From Mytilus trossulus (lineage: Eukaryota), in assembly GCF_036588685.1 (NCBI RefSeq), contig NC_086374.1:72850001-72914000 (forward strand): a stretch of DNA of 64,000 nt, in the 5' to 3' direction. The position numbers were made by a program, and so were the translations under genes. Shown one piece after another: positions 25,049 to 38,637 of this stretch. Every line of letters starts with the position of its first letter. The stretch's first letter is position 1. The notes beneath the pieces are model-generated. The model was not told the DNA's origin. It was given only the letters and a program-made list of their open reading frames with translations, and ran no database searches.

Positions 25049-25460
25049 ACTAGATGTGTCAAAGCACACAAATGGCCCCGTCTCAAAAAGTTGAAAAATC
25101 TGCAATTTCGATAAAACATGTGGACACAAACATGATGGTAGTCTCACTTATCCAAAATCAGCTCAAAATCTGGAGGAATATAGAAAAAAATTCTGTATAA
25201 CTATGACTTCCAACATTTTTTAAAGTTGTAAACACTTAATCTAGGTAACATACCAAAATTCAGCCCAATATCTGAAAGCATTTAGAAAAGAGGTCCGTTT
25301 ATAAACTGATTTTCAAATATTTATAAAAGTCCAAAGCCCCAAATAACAGCAAAAATGAACCGAGCAGAACAAAACTTAAACTTGATCTGTAACTGATCAT
25401 GGATAACTCACATACCAAATATCAGCCCAATATCTGAAAGCATTTAGAAAAAAAGTCTGA
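25049..25460 (+). mobile_element. Truncated HINE-like element; fuller copy at 26768-27152
   Basis: actagatg.gtcaaa...cacaaatggcccc.tctcaaaaagttgaaaaatctgcaatttc is shared by both copies. Confidence 0.7.
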
Positions 25461-25783
25461 ACATTTATAACGTTTTGCAGGTACATCATTAAATAAGGTC
25501 ACACTGACATACATGGCATATATACAGATAAACACACATGGCAATCAAAACATACATAGCATATAAAATTATACATTATGCTTTTGAAACTATTTTTTAT
25601 AATCAATGTTAACAGAATAAGCCCAGGACACAATAAAACACTAACATTACTCACGTTTTTTAACGGCAGTACAATGAACTGACTAAATGTACTTTATTTT
25701 TACAAAAAATGACCTGCTTAAAAAAAATTAATTCTGACACTGTGCTCAAATTTTTAAGAAGATCCTGACATTTGTAAAATGGA

Positions 25784-26586
25784 ACTAGAGGCTCTAAAGA
25801 GCCTGTGTCGCTCACCTTGGGTCTATGTGAATATTAAACAAAGGAAGCAGATGGATTCATGACAAAATTGTGTTTTGGTGATGGTGATGTGTTTGTACAT
25901 CTTACTTAACTGAACATTCTTGCTGCTTACAATTATCACTATCTATAATGAACTTGGCCCAGTAGTTTCTGTGGAAAAATGTTACTGGTAGTAAAAATTT
26001 ACAAATTTTATGAAAATTGTTTAAAATTGACTATAAAGGACAATAACTCGTTAAGGGGTCAATTGACCATTTTGGTCATGTTGACTTATTTGTAAATCTT
26101 ACTTTGCTGAACATTATTGCTGTTTACAGTTTATCTCTATCTATAATAATATTCAAGATAATAACCAAAAACAGCAAAATTTCCTTAAAATTACCAATTC
26201 AGGGGCAGCAACCCAACAACGGATTCTCTGATTTATCTAAAAATTTCAGGGCAGATAGATCTTGACCTGATAAACAATTTTACCCCATGTCAGAGTTGCT
26301 CTAAATGCTTTGGTTTTTGAGTTATAAGCCAAAAACTGCATTTAACCCCTATGTTCTATTTTTAGCCATGGCAGCCATCTTGGTTGGTTTGGCGGGTCAC
26401 ACCACACATTTTTTAAACTAGATACCCCAATGATGATTGTGGCCAAGTTTGGTTAAATTTGGCTCAGTAGTTTCAGAGAAGAAGATTTTAGTAAAAGTTA
26501 ACGACGATGACGACGACGGAAGACGGACGACAGACGCCAAGTGTTGAGAAAAGCTCACTTGGCCCTTCGGGCCAGGTGAGCTAAAA
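25784..26586 (+). mobile_element. HINE/pearl-like element
   Basis: 5' hairpin aggctct-aa-agagcct, subterminal gctcacc/ggtgagc repeat, gacgac microsatellite and 3' hairpin tggccc-ttc-gggcca. Confidence 0.8.
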
Positions 26587-26767
26587 ATTCAAGATATTGA
26601 ATTTATTTTCTGGTTAATAAATTATTAATAATAAACAATTTAATTATGGCACATTATCATGAATATCTTTGTTTGCAAAATGTAATCATAACAAAAATCA
26701 TTGGCAAAAACTATCTGTTACAAAAGAGTGGAAGCTAATCAGTAACACATTTTGAATTACATAACAG

Positions 26768-27152
26768 ACTAGATGGGTCAAAACGACACAAATGGCCCCA
26801 TCTCAAAAAGTTGAAAAATCTGCAATTTCAATAAGGCATGTGGACACAAACATGATGGTAGACTCACATATCAAAAATAAGCTCAAAATCTGGAGGTGTG
26901 TAGAAAAATATAAAATATAACTGTAATTTTTGTCAACTTTCAAAGTTGTAAACCCTAAATTTTGGCAAAAATTAGCGGAACCAAACTTTAACTTGATCTG
27001 TAACTCATCTTGGTTAACTCACATGCTGAAAATCAGCCAAATATCAGAAGGCGTTTAGAAAAACACTCGGTATAATGGTTTGTTACGGAATGACAGAATT
27101 ACAGAATTTCTGTAAAAAATATAGCACTGACAACTTTGTTGCGGGCCATAAA
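26768..27152 (+). mobile_element. HINE-like element, same family as 25049-25460
   Basis: Shared 5' end, ttacggaa/acagaa microsatellite and an end at acaactttgttgcgggccataaaa. Confidence 0.7.
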
Positions 27153-28002
27153 AAGAAGATAAAGGAAATGCTGTGTGCAATAATACAGCAAATACAGAAA
27201 AAAGAAAATAACATGTAGAGGTCAATATCTAGACTTCAACAAAAGAAAGCACTTTCAAATTTAAATATTAGTATAACTTGTTAATTTTTATTACAGATAG
27301 CTTTTACCAGCATTCACCTATATATAATACACACTATATCTAGCACCAAATATATTTTTTTTCCCCCTGATATTTAAGTATTGAAGACAATTTTACATCA
27401 AATAAGGTGTAATTTTTTGGAAATTTATTTAGCTGTGTAATCATTCCTGTTTGCATATATATATATCATAACACATAATATGAAGTTGGATTCATTGAAT
27501 TTTTTTTTACATTTAAGAGATACTGCACTTTATATAATCGTTGGGAATAAAAGGATACAAACTTCCATTTATTCATTTTTTTGAAGTTTTATCAAATAAA
27601 ACTAGACAATAGATGGAAGAAAAAACTCAAAAAAACAATTATGGCCTTGTATAAATCATTCATAATAACATATTTCTTCCATGCCTACTAGATACAAATT
27701 CTAGAATTTCTTTAGCTTTGTTACGTACATGTATTTTCAATTTCCCCAAATCAAAATTTTTATTGTTTGCCCAAGAATAACTTACAAAATAAGACAACTA
27801 TTAGCATGATTAGTATATTAAATTCAAATCCTAAAAGAAAGACTGATAAGTCAACAGTGCTTTTAAACTAGAAAAGTAAGGAATAGCCATGATTCGCTAT
27901 GAAACGACATCATTAAATAGACAAAAGAGCAAGGGTGAAAACAAATGCAGGTCACATACATGTATACAAAATGTCAACTTAAAATTAACATGGTTATATT
28001 TC

Positions 28003-28265
28003 ACAAGAATGTGTCCAGTTACATGGATGCCCCACTCGCATTGTCATTTTCTATGTTCAGTGGACCTTGAAATTGGGGTAAAACCTCTAATTTGGCATTA
28101 AAATTAGAAAGATCATATCATAGGAAAACATGTGTACTAAGTTCCAAGTTGATTGGACTTCAACTTCATCAAACACTACCTTGACCAAAAACTTTAACGT
28201 GAAGCAGGACAGACAGACGAATGGATAAACAGACGACCAGAAAACATTATGTAGGTGGGGCATAA
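28003..28265 (+). mobile_element. Short HINE/pearl-like element, copy 2
   Basis: Colinear with 21642-21900. Confidence 0.75.
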
Positions 28266-29750
28266 ATATCACACATTTTGGATTACATATGAACATGTTA
28301 AACAGCATCATTACATAAATATTCTTGTTTATTGATTGATAATTATATAAACTGATTATATCAATAAAAATATCAAAATTGCAACATACTTTAAAATACA
28401 GAAACTAAATATTTACATAAACAATCAATTCAGTCATATGCTGTAATATATATATTTATTTGAATGAATCACTCATCATAATGTTTATATAAGGTTTAGA
28501 AAAAAGAAAGTCTAAAATGTGGTTTATAACAAAAATAATATGAACTTAAAAATTTCACACAGTCAATTGAGTATTACTTACAAACCTTTTTTTTTTTTAA
28601 CTTATTAATACCGGTAGTTGTAATACATGTATATCAATTTGGTGATATTGCACCAAATCAAATTGTGCATAAAAAATGTCAATACTTCCAAATTAAAAAT
28701 TAAATCTTCCCCCCTCCCCCTCAAATATACAAGATACATTGTACATTCAAACTATCACAGAAATATTTTGACTTTTTATATAAACAGTATATTACCCTGT
28801 CATGCCTTTTGACCATTGTTGACATGAATAATCTATCATGCCCTGTATAGTATAAAGATGTTCAAAGTCAGTAATACAAATGTATTTAAAATTCTAAATT
28901 GTAAAATTGAGAAAGGAAATGGTGAATATGTCAAAGCGACAACCATAGAGCAGACAACAGCCTAAGGCAACCAATGGGTCTTCAATGTAGCGAGAATTAC
29001 CGCACCCATAGGTGTCCTTCAGCTGGCCCATAAAAATATTTTTATTTTCTCTCAGCAGTATTATTTAACATGTGTAAGGGCGACACTATAGGTATAGCTA
29101 TAGTATCCATAAATTTTAGGATTCTGATAAATCTGCAAGGATATGATTCCAACAATACAAACTAGCAGTACATGTAGTTATATTATGTATGTTTAAATGT
29201 ACTGTCTCTAGAAAGGTCCTTTTTCTTGATTTCATACTTTACTTAATATCAGCACAGAAATTTACTGATTAGGACATAAGAGTTGAAATTTACCCCTAAC
29301 AAAGAAATGGGGCATCTCCTTTCCACGTCTGCTTTTAAGACGTCTGGTTGGCACATTTTTTGGGGTTAACCATATCTACTCAAACTTAACAATGCTCTGG
29401 ATTTTTTCTTCTTTTTTTTTTTACAATTTTCAAAATAATTACTATGATGGCCTACTTATAACATGAGTATTTGTAAATAAATAATCAAAGGATTCTTAGT
29501 TTTGCATGAAATTGACTGACAATTTTGTCAACCCCAAACCACCGCACCTACCCCTCAACTGCCCCCCTCCTATAAAAGAGTTTAAGAATTCAATGTCCAG
29601 TCAAATTGATGTAGCATTATAAGCATGTCTAATAGGATGTACAAAATGATCAAATCTGATTTGATTATGCATTTTTTGGTTTGTTAGTTTTTTAGCACCA
29701 TGATAAATAGGTTTAATAGACAAATTAACAATAAATTTTACAATATTCTG

Positions 29751-32700
29751 CTATGTACCAATAGTTCTAGCCTGTGTAAATGTAGCAATCTGATGAAGTT
29801 CTACCTTGTAAGATTTCAGCCATTGTTTTCCGTCCCAATATTTATCATTGAGCTCATCATGCCAAGTACCTTCTGGTAAATAAATATCAATCTCTGTTGT
29901 CCCTGGCGACAGAACTGGTGCCACAAGTAAAGTTTCTCCTACCAAGAACTGGTTACCTATTGCCAGTGCATCTGGGTCTGTTGGTGATACCCACCATAAT
30001 GGTCTAATAATGGGAGACCCTGTTAATACAAGAAATGAAATATATAATAAATATATCATTAACAATGGACTATGGTTGTAATAGTGAAAACACATACCAT
30101 AGATTCAAAATGCTGTGTATTAGAAATTGTTAATACAATTATCAATTTTGATTATTTAGTTTATTTTTCTAATTTGATTTTATCGGCAATTCTGTACAAA
30201 AAACTCTGAGATAAAATAGTAAAAAAAGTATATATAATAAAGATGTTAACAATAATTTTGACATGAATCCAAAAGTTCAATCAATGAGCTAACAATAAAA
30301 TATTAAAATGAACATGATGAATGGGCCTTTTTGAATTTGTTTACTGTAAAGATGTTAACAACAATGATATTCTTGTCAATTCCATAATCCTTATAGTACA
30401 TTTAACTGATCAAACCAAGGAATGAGATGTGGTTGTACCTGAATAGATGAGACAATGTTTAAATAAAGAGTGTCACAAAACTGAATATATAATTAGCATG
30501 ATTAACCCTATATCAACATCCGGGCAACTGAAATTACAAGTGTAAAGTTCTACTTGTATGTTCTGTACATTTTGATAATGTTTCACTTTATTTCTTATCT
30601 AATAGATTATATAAAATCATCTAGTCAACAATCAACAAACATGACAAATGATTTGCCACATAATTAGCTTGTGTGACAAAACCATTTCATAAACTGTTCT
30701 TTTAAAGATTTTCATATCGAAAAAAAAATCAGATTTAATCATACATGTACATGCAATTCCCTGGGATGCCTTGATATCATTTGTTATTGACTGTACACTG
30801 TGAAGAATCTATTTTGTTATCAGATGATATCTCATTGGTTTAATTAATATGCTGATGCTGCAAAATGTATGTACTTACATGACTTATAATATTAAAATAG
30901 ACTTTTGCATGATAACTAATTCCTTGAAATTCTTCATCATATACATGATACACTTGCTTATTTCCCTTTATTCTTATAAAATTTGTGTGATTGTAGAAGT
31001 TGAATCATTATATTTATTAGACAGTAGCCTCAAGGCAGCAAACCAGAAACAAATAACTGCAGTAATTTACCTAGAAGCCTTATGAAAATTCCATATTACA
31101 CTCAGTGATGTACATAGAATGTACAATGTATAATTATATGCCTTATTTGTTCTGTTGCACCACTGTCCCATGATTAGGGATAGGGTTTGAAGCGTGCTTA
31201 CATGTTTAACCCTGCCAAATTCCTTATGTATGTACCTGTCCCATGTCAGGAGCCTGTTATTCAGTGGTTGTCGTTTGTTGCTACATGTATGTTACATATC
31301 TGTATTTGTTTTCTCTTCATTATTTGCAATTTGTACATAAATAAGGCCCTTAGATTTCATGTTTGAATTGTTTTACATTTTTTATTTCTGGCCTTTTATA
31401 GCTGAATACATGTACTGGGTATGGGTTTTGCTCATTGTTGAAGGACGTACAGTGACCTATAGTTGTGAATTTCTGTGAAATTTCGTCTCTTGTGAAGAGT
31501 TGTCTCATTGGCAATCATTCCACATCTTCTTTTTATATGATTATGTAAGTGGCAAATTTCATTACAAACATCAACAATTCAACCCTCATCCTTCATACAA
31601 TTCTAAATAACTATGGAGAAACTGCTTAAATTACAAGTAGTAAAATAAACAAGTTGCGATTTTTACCATAGTGTTCTGCTTCTCTTGCTGCCTTCTCAAG
31701 TAAAGGTAAAATAGATTCTCTCTTCTCTAACATTGTTTTTGTTAATGTCACCATTTCTTCATCATAATCCCATGGTGGAATGGAAAACTTCATTACAGGT
31801 AAATATGTAGCTACCTGTAACCAGCGGATGTACAGCTCTCTATCAGGTAATAAAGTCTCATTAAAATTATCTCCCTTGAATCCATTACCTCCTATAACAT
31901 CTGGAATAACATAGGGGTAACCAAGGATACCAAGAGTCAAAACAGCAGGAATGATGCTATTGAGTCCATTATAATGGCTCCATGTAGAGTCTCTGCTACT
32001 TAGATGTATATAAACTGGGAATTTTTGTGTTTTGTGACCACATGTCACTTGGCAGCCATATTTGATCACATTTGATATAAAAGTTTGAATAAATGTACAT
32101 GGATTTTTTAAGAACTGATGTGATTTATGACTTGACGGAATAAAATTTGTTTCACAACCATGGAAAGTAAAATTTTTAAGATTGAAATTACTTTTCATAT
32201 CTTCTAGTTTTTGTTTATACCATTCTTGTGTTTTGGGATTTGAAAAATCCAGAATTGCAACTAACCCACCATACCATCCAGTCAGTGTAGGTGCTTTCCC
32301 TCCATTGTCATGAATAAATAATGCTGAATTCTGTGCAAAATTTCTAGTGTTGTTATCTACAGACACAAATGGTGTTAAAACAGCACTGACATCAGAATGG
32401 GTCTGTTTTAAGATACCAACCATTTGAGCTGAGTTACTGAAAAAATCTGATCTAAAATCAAAATTTCCATATGCAGATGAATAAGGTTCATATATTTCAA
32501 AATTTGTTTTCCTTTTATCAATTTTTGTAATGTTTGATGAATATTTTAAAACTACGTTCTGATTCAATCCAGATTTATACTTCGCTTTAGTAGACCATGT
32601 TACTTTCTGCATAACAGACAAATCTGGAATTCCCTGTGGTTTTTCAAAGTGAGTTCTCTGGAAAAAATCTCTCATCTTTTTTACATTATCTTCTTTACAA

Positions 32701-35700
32701 ATTGTATATTTCAAAAATGGAGGTTCATTGTTTGGATTAGGGAATGGTGATTCATTGTAATCTCCCTTGAAACATAAAAGACTACTTCCTGATTCGTTCA
32801 GACTAACATGCAAAGGAACACTACTGTCAACTACAATACCAACTCCATTGGAATTTATCCAAAATCTCTCAACAACATTACCAAAAACATTGGTACGATC
32901 TTTTTCAACTTTTGACTTAAATAAAATATCATTGGTGATATATGGCTGCATAGGAACTTCAGCATACTGCAGTGGCATGTACTGACTGGACAGTAAGGAA
33001 CCTCCAAACCAGTGATGTGGTCCACGTAGGGTGAAGCAATCATGTGGAGTGAAGTCACGACTTGTTGATGTCCAATAGACATCGTGGCAGCTATCATGTT
33101 GGTGTTGAATCACCTGTAAATATATAAGATCAACAGATTAAGGGGGGTCAGATTGGGGAGGGGGGTTGGTGGGGCTTCTGATCCCAGATTCCGCTTACTG
33201 TTTTGTCAGATTGCAGTTTCTGGCTTACAGTTTGTATGTAAGTTATTCATTTTTTTGTAATTTCCCATGTCACGCTTGACTTCATTTTCCGTTTTCATGG
33301 CACAATAATTTGACTTTAACATGTCACGCTTACAAAAAATCGGAAATCCCACATCACGCTTAGACCACCATGAGACCCATATTACAATGTAAGTACTGTA
33401 GATTCATTATTATTCGTTGGATACCAATTTTTGTGGGTTTCGTGGGTACAGGTGAACCAAGAATTCAAATGTTCAATGAAAGCTCATATTTTAATAGGCA
33501 TATATTGTATATGTAGAGATTGCCAAAACCACGAAATCAAATATCCACAAATATGCTAGTTTTCAGCAATCCACGAAAATTGATACTCACAAAAATAAAT
33601 GAATCCACAGTATCATAACCACTGAGAAAATGTTACTTTTGAGAGCCATGAGCAACAAATTAGACATAATACATGCATATACCAACTATCCTTGAATACT
33701 AGAAAATGCATGTCATTGTGCATTTTAAACAAAAGTTTCATTACTAATTATAATTATAAATGCTTAATATATTTGTTAAACATTACCATTAAATTGTTAA
33801 CACATATCATTTTCTTTTCTTATGAAACTGATTCACAAATTGCTGTTGCTTCAGAAAATAATTTTAAATATTACATTTATTATTCATGCTATGTTTAGAA
33901 AAACTTTGATGGCAAGTGTAATAAATGTGATAAGAACTTTATTATCTGATGACACATCAATAATTTTATCATGACTGGATAATCCAATCCTGAAAGAGAC
34001 AAAAAAAAAGGTTTAAAAAGAATATTATTTATTTCAAAATATGTGTACTCAGCTTTCTCCAACACTGCAACAACATACGAAATTCTTACAAGAAAGAAGT
34101 TTTAAAAAGAAAAAACATACTTGAACCTGAATAAAATAAAAAAAAAAGAACAAAAAAGAAACAAAATCAAAACATTGAAAAAAAAAATTAAAAAGTGACA
34201 GATACAAAAGTGAATAAAAACAAATAAAAAATACTTGAATAGAAAAAAGCAAAATCAAACATACAAACCTGAATGTAATAAATAAAAACAAATAAAAAAT
34301 ACTTAAATAGAAAAAAAGAAACAAAATCAAAACATACAAACCTGAATTAAAAAAATAAAAACAAATAAAAAATACTTAAATAAAGAAAAGAAAAGAAACA
34401 AAATAAAAACTTTGAAAAAAACAAATTAAAAGAATAAGATACAAAAGTGAATAAAACAAAGAAAAATTCAAACAAAAGAAAAAAAAGCAGAATCAAAACA
34501 TACAAAACAAATAAACAAGTAATTTAAATGAACGAAAATTAAAACAAAATTTTATTATATAATTTCAAGAAAAGGTTAAAATGTCAATTTCAATAGAGTC
34601 ATTAGTTACACATATGTATGCACAGGTAAATTTTAATGACACACACTAGCAGAAAACTTCAACCCTGATTGATTTCAACAGGTAACATAATTAGATAAAA
34701 CATCAGCCTATGTTTTATGACCCCAATAAATGGCCAACATCTCAAGATTGAATACCCCAATAAAAGGTCACCATTTAAAGGTGACCATACAAGAGGGTGG
34801 ACATTACTAAGAGAAAGTCACAGGCTGTACTGTAGATTATAAGAATGACATTGATGGCAAGCAGGATAAAGACTTGTATCATTTTACATTTTTGCATGAT
34901 TAATATATTTTTTTGGAATAATTGAGTTTGCAAATATCATTCATGGACAAGAAAAATCTTATCAATTCGGTCAGGGGTATTAATACTTAAACAAGTCATT
35001 TCTACATGTTGAATTTACTTGAAGGTGTAAGTACTGTAATAAATTCTGGTAAAATTAATTTGTGAGATTTTTATTTCATTTTCTAGGTGTGAATTATCTC
35101 CCATTAATCTTTCTTAAAAAAATACTTATACAAGTAACTATGTTTTACTAACATGACTTATATGGTCCAGAACAAATATAATTATATAGAAATTTTCCAT
35201 AGAAGAGAATTATTTCAGTTCAACAGTTGAACCTGGAGCCTGCAGCTTGATTAATTGATTCCTTAACAAACAAAAAATGTATGTTTTTGAGTTTTAGAAG
35301 AAAAAAAACAAGGCTTCACTTACATAGTCATGATTTGTTGTTCCTGAAATACTTTAAATTATAAGCATATATTTTCAAACAATACTGATGCAGTAAAGAT
35401 CCAAAAGTTAGCATGCAATAAATCTTCAAAATTCACAACATCATCAACGACAAAATCTAAGTTAAAACCAATTTATTGCCAAACAATAAAAGGGTTATTG
35501 CAGGCCTAGAATATTGGGGAATATAGTCCGTTGTAGAACATATATATTGCAACTGGTGATAAAAAAAAGTTAGAGCATTAATCTGAATTCACTAATTATT
35601 TGATATATATATGCTTAAATTTTTAATTTGTAAAGTTTATAGTTGAATTTGTGACCAAGCAATGTTTAGTTCGTGTATTTGTATGATTTGTGGTATTCAC

Positions 35701-38255
35701 AAAATCCGTTATCATTTTTTATGTAACTTTTAGATCATATTATGGTTTTTAAACAGAGACTTTGTGATATGTATTGTCAAACAAGAGTTTGATGCTACTG
35801 TAGAAGTTAATCAAATATTTTTTTTGTATAGATATATATGATATCCAATTTTTCAAACAACTCTCAAGGTATTTTTATATCTTTTATCAAGCAATAATCT
35901 AGATTTCGTAATTAATAAGTTGACCATTTATTGAATTTTTCAGCATGACAAGGTAAAGAATCTCAAATTTAATCAAAATAATAAAGCATGTATTTTTCTT
36001 TTTGTGGTTTAAAGATTCTTCAGATAAGTAAAATGCTGAAAAAATATAATAAACAGATGTAAACAATACCAAATTTTCACATTATTTTTTCCAAATGGTC
36101 ACAAAGCTTCAAATTTGCAATTTATTTAATGAAAAATGCACGAAAAAACAAAACTACCCATAACACTTCAGTTTTGTACATTTCATGAGCAGAAGATTAT
36201 ATAATTTAGTCAAATACAAACTTATAACCCCATCAAAGTTTCGTACGTAACATAAATTTCAAACAAAACAACCAAAAACTGACAAAAAAGACTCATTTTT
36301 GCAAGAGTTATCTCCCCTTCAAATGTTAATTTCCATAGGAATTAGAAATGCTGATTTTGAGTTTTCCTCAAGTTTGACTTTTTTCTGTGTATATAAAGGC
36401 CATAATAATATAGATTAGAACTAAATCAATTTCTGTTGCGATTAGTTTGAGGTTAAATCTTAGTTTGACTGGACTATAAAGAATTGACCACCTAACTTAA
36501 GGGGGGCATTACTTTTTTCTAAAAAATATTTTAATTTTGATCCCAAATTTTATGAGAAAAAATATGTTGTGGTCTAGCATATAACATAATAATGTTCTGA
36601 TGCCTGTATTTCTGGATACCGTATATAATCATCTACATGTAACTTGAAAATAAATGAAAATAGTTGGGTGATACATGTATGTATACAGCGTTCAAACCCA
36701 GTGTCTTGCCTATTTTTGCTGTAAATCGCAGGCTCAACAACAATGAGGAAAAAAATCAATAAAAAATGTTCCTCTTGTTACTATTTTATGATTGTAAGAA
36801 AATCTAAGTCCATTTAAAAGTAAATTACAGAAAAAAAACGAGTAATCTTTTTACAAACTTTACTTCTGGTTACAATCTTATGATCATAAATAAGCTTCTG
36901 TCCAAGTTTGGTACAAACCCAGGATAGTTTAAGAAAGTTATTTAAATTTTAAAAACTTTAAGTACAGAGTGAATGTAATGGTTCCCTGCAGAAAAAACTA
37001 AGTCTATTTATAAGTAAAATACGAAAAAAATGGAATTTTATTTTTACAAAATTTACTTCTGGATATTATCTTATGATCATAAACAAGCTTCTGTCCAACT
37101 TTGGTACAAACCCAGGATAGTTTGAGAAAGTTATTAAAATTCTAAAAACTTTAACCAGAGTGAATGTTTTGTTTCCCCTCAGAAAAAAACTAAGTCCATT
37201 TATAGTAAAATACAGAAAAAATGGAATTTTATTTTTACAAAATTCACTACTGGATACTATCTTATGATCATAAACAAGCTTCTGTCCAACTTTGGTACAA
37301 ACCCAGGATAGTTTGAGAAAGTTATTAAAATTCTAAAAACTTTAACCACAGAGTGAATGTTTTGTTTCCCCGCAGAAAAACTAAGTCCATTTATAGTAAA
37401 ATACGGAAAAAATGGAATTTTATTTTTACAAAATTTACTTCTGGATACTATCTAATGATCATAAACAAGCTTCTGTCAAAGTTTGGTAGAAATCCAGTAT
37501 AGTTTAAGAAAGTTATTAAAATTTCAAAAACTTTAACCACAGAGTGAATATTTGTTGACGCCGCAGACGACACCGACGACGACGGAATGTAGGATCGCTT
37601 AGTCTCGCTTTATCGACTAAAGTCGAAGGCTTGACAAAAAGTAATTGAAGTCTGAATGAGTCCGACCATAGATTTTCAGGTCCCTTCAGGTCTTTACATT
37701 TCTTATTTCAGGTCCAACTTTTGGCATCAAAAACTTATTTTTAATTTAAAACATTTTAATGAAATATGGATATCAACAATTAATAAGATTCCAACTTGAA
37801 AAAATTCCATCCAATAATGAAAAAAGTTCTTGCAATTTGAAAAGTTTAGTAGTATATTTTCAAGTCTTTTCATGTCCAGTTTCAGGTTTTTAGTGTAACC
37901 CCTTGTTACCTTGTTTTCTTACCTCTAACTTGGCATATCTTATCCAAACCAAGCACAAATAGTTCTTATCTGATGCTTTACTCTTTGGTTTACATGATAA
38001 AGCTGATGTTGATCTCAGAGTTTCGGACACGAATCCCTTTAAATACACATTTTGTTCTTTATTGGTGAATGTAAACACTCCTGTAGAGAAGTCAAACCTG
38101 ACATCTCCTATGTTCGCCTCAACAACACCGTTTGCATATAATGGTGTTACTTTAGGTTTCAATGCCGCTAGTATATATAGAATAACTATAACGGCAGTTG
38201 TTAAAATTCCTAAGATCTTAAATAACTTAATTTTTCTATTTCGTGAGAAACGCAT
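29751..38255 (-). CDS. MYORG: MYORG-like GH31 glycosidase homolog, type II membrane protein, ~682 aa; exons 38255-37923, 33113-31667, 30019-29751
   Basis: N-terminal signal anchor ILGILTTAVIVILYILAAL. MYORG/GH31 motifs HWFGG, FGNVVERFWINSNG, DFSNP, GYPYVIPDVIGGN, PDRELYIRWLQ, FSIPPWDYD, PIIRPLWW, QFLVGETLLVAPV and IYLPEGTW. GT-AG junctions in phases 0 and 1 join in frame. An upstream in-frame ATG at 38366 is an alternative start. Confidence 0.92.
33394..33612. mobile_element. Tc1/mariner-type MITE flanked by TA
   Basis: TA-CTGTAGATTCATT...AATGAATCCACAG-TA; second copy at 57440-57652. Confidence 0.85.
34090..34555. repeat. A-rich low-complexity imperfect tandem repeat
   Basis: Recurrent aaaatcaaaacatacaaacctgaat and aaacaaataaaaaatactt units. 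Confidence 0.8.
36685..37640 (+). mobile_element. HINE-like element with ~4 internal ~190-bp tandem repeats, in MYORG intron 1
   Basis: atcttatgatcataaacaagcttctgtcca repeated at ~36876, 37068, 37259 and 37450; gacgac microsatellite; hairpin tcgact-aa-agtcga; A tail. Confidence 0.8.
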
Positions 38256-38529
38256 TTTTATTTTCACTGGAGGCAACCATTTTCTGTAAACACATGTAAC
38301 CTTCCGGGTTTTAGGTCTAGTTGAAAACCAAAAAGAAAAATAATTACCTTTTCCAAAAATATGCATTTCATGAATGTAAATTTATTTGTTTTCTGGCCAT
38401 TATCTAATCATAACATATTCTTTTAATTTATTCTGTCTAATAATGAATGTGTTTTCGAACAATATGAATAAACAGTTTCTTAAAAATAAAATGGGTAATT
38501 ACGGTAATCTAAAAATAGCTTTAAGGTTA

Positions 38530-38539
38530 GTCACGTGAC
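38530..38539. promoter_or_regulatory. Palindromic E-box/CLEAR-type element in a bidirectional promoter
   Basis: Exact GTCACGTGAC between divergent ATGs at 38255 (-) and 38638 (+), in a locally CpG-rich segment. Confidence 0.6.
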
Positions 38540-38637
38540 AGGTAAAAAAACATAAGAGGAACCATACCTCGTTACGATTAAACGTCAAGCGGGAATACAA
38601 GTAGGTGCACTTGTGCTGCTGTAAAATAGTCAAAGCT

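Noticed and set aside
34049-34339. Phe/Leu-rich 96-aa ORF
   Set aside because: Translation of a low-complexity T-rich strand.
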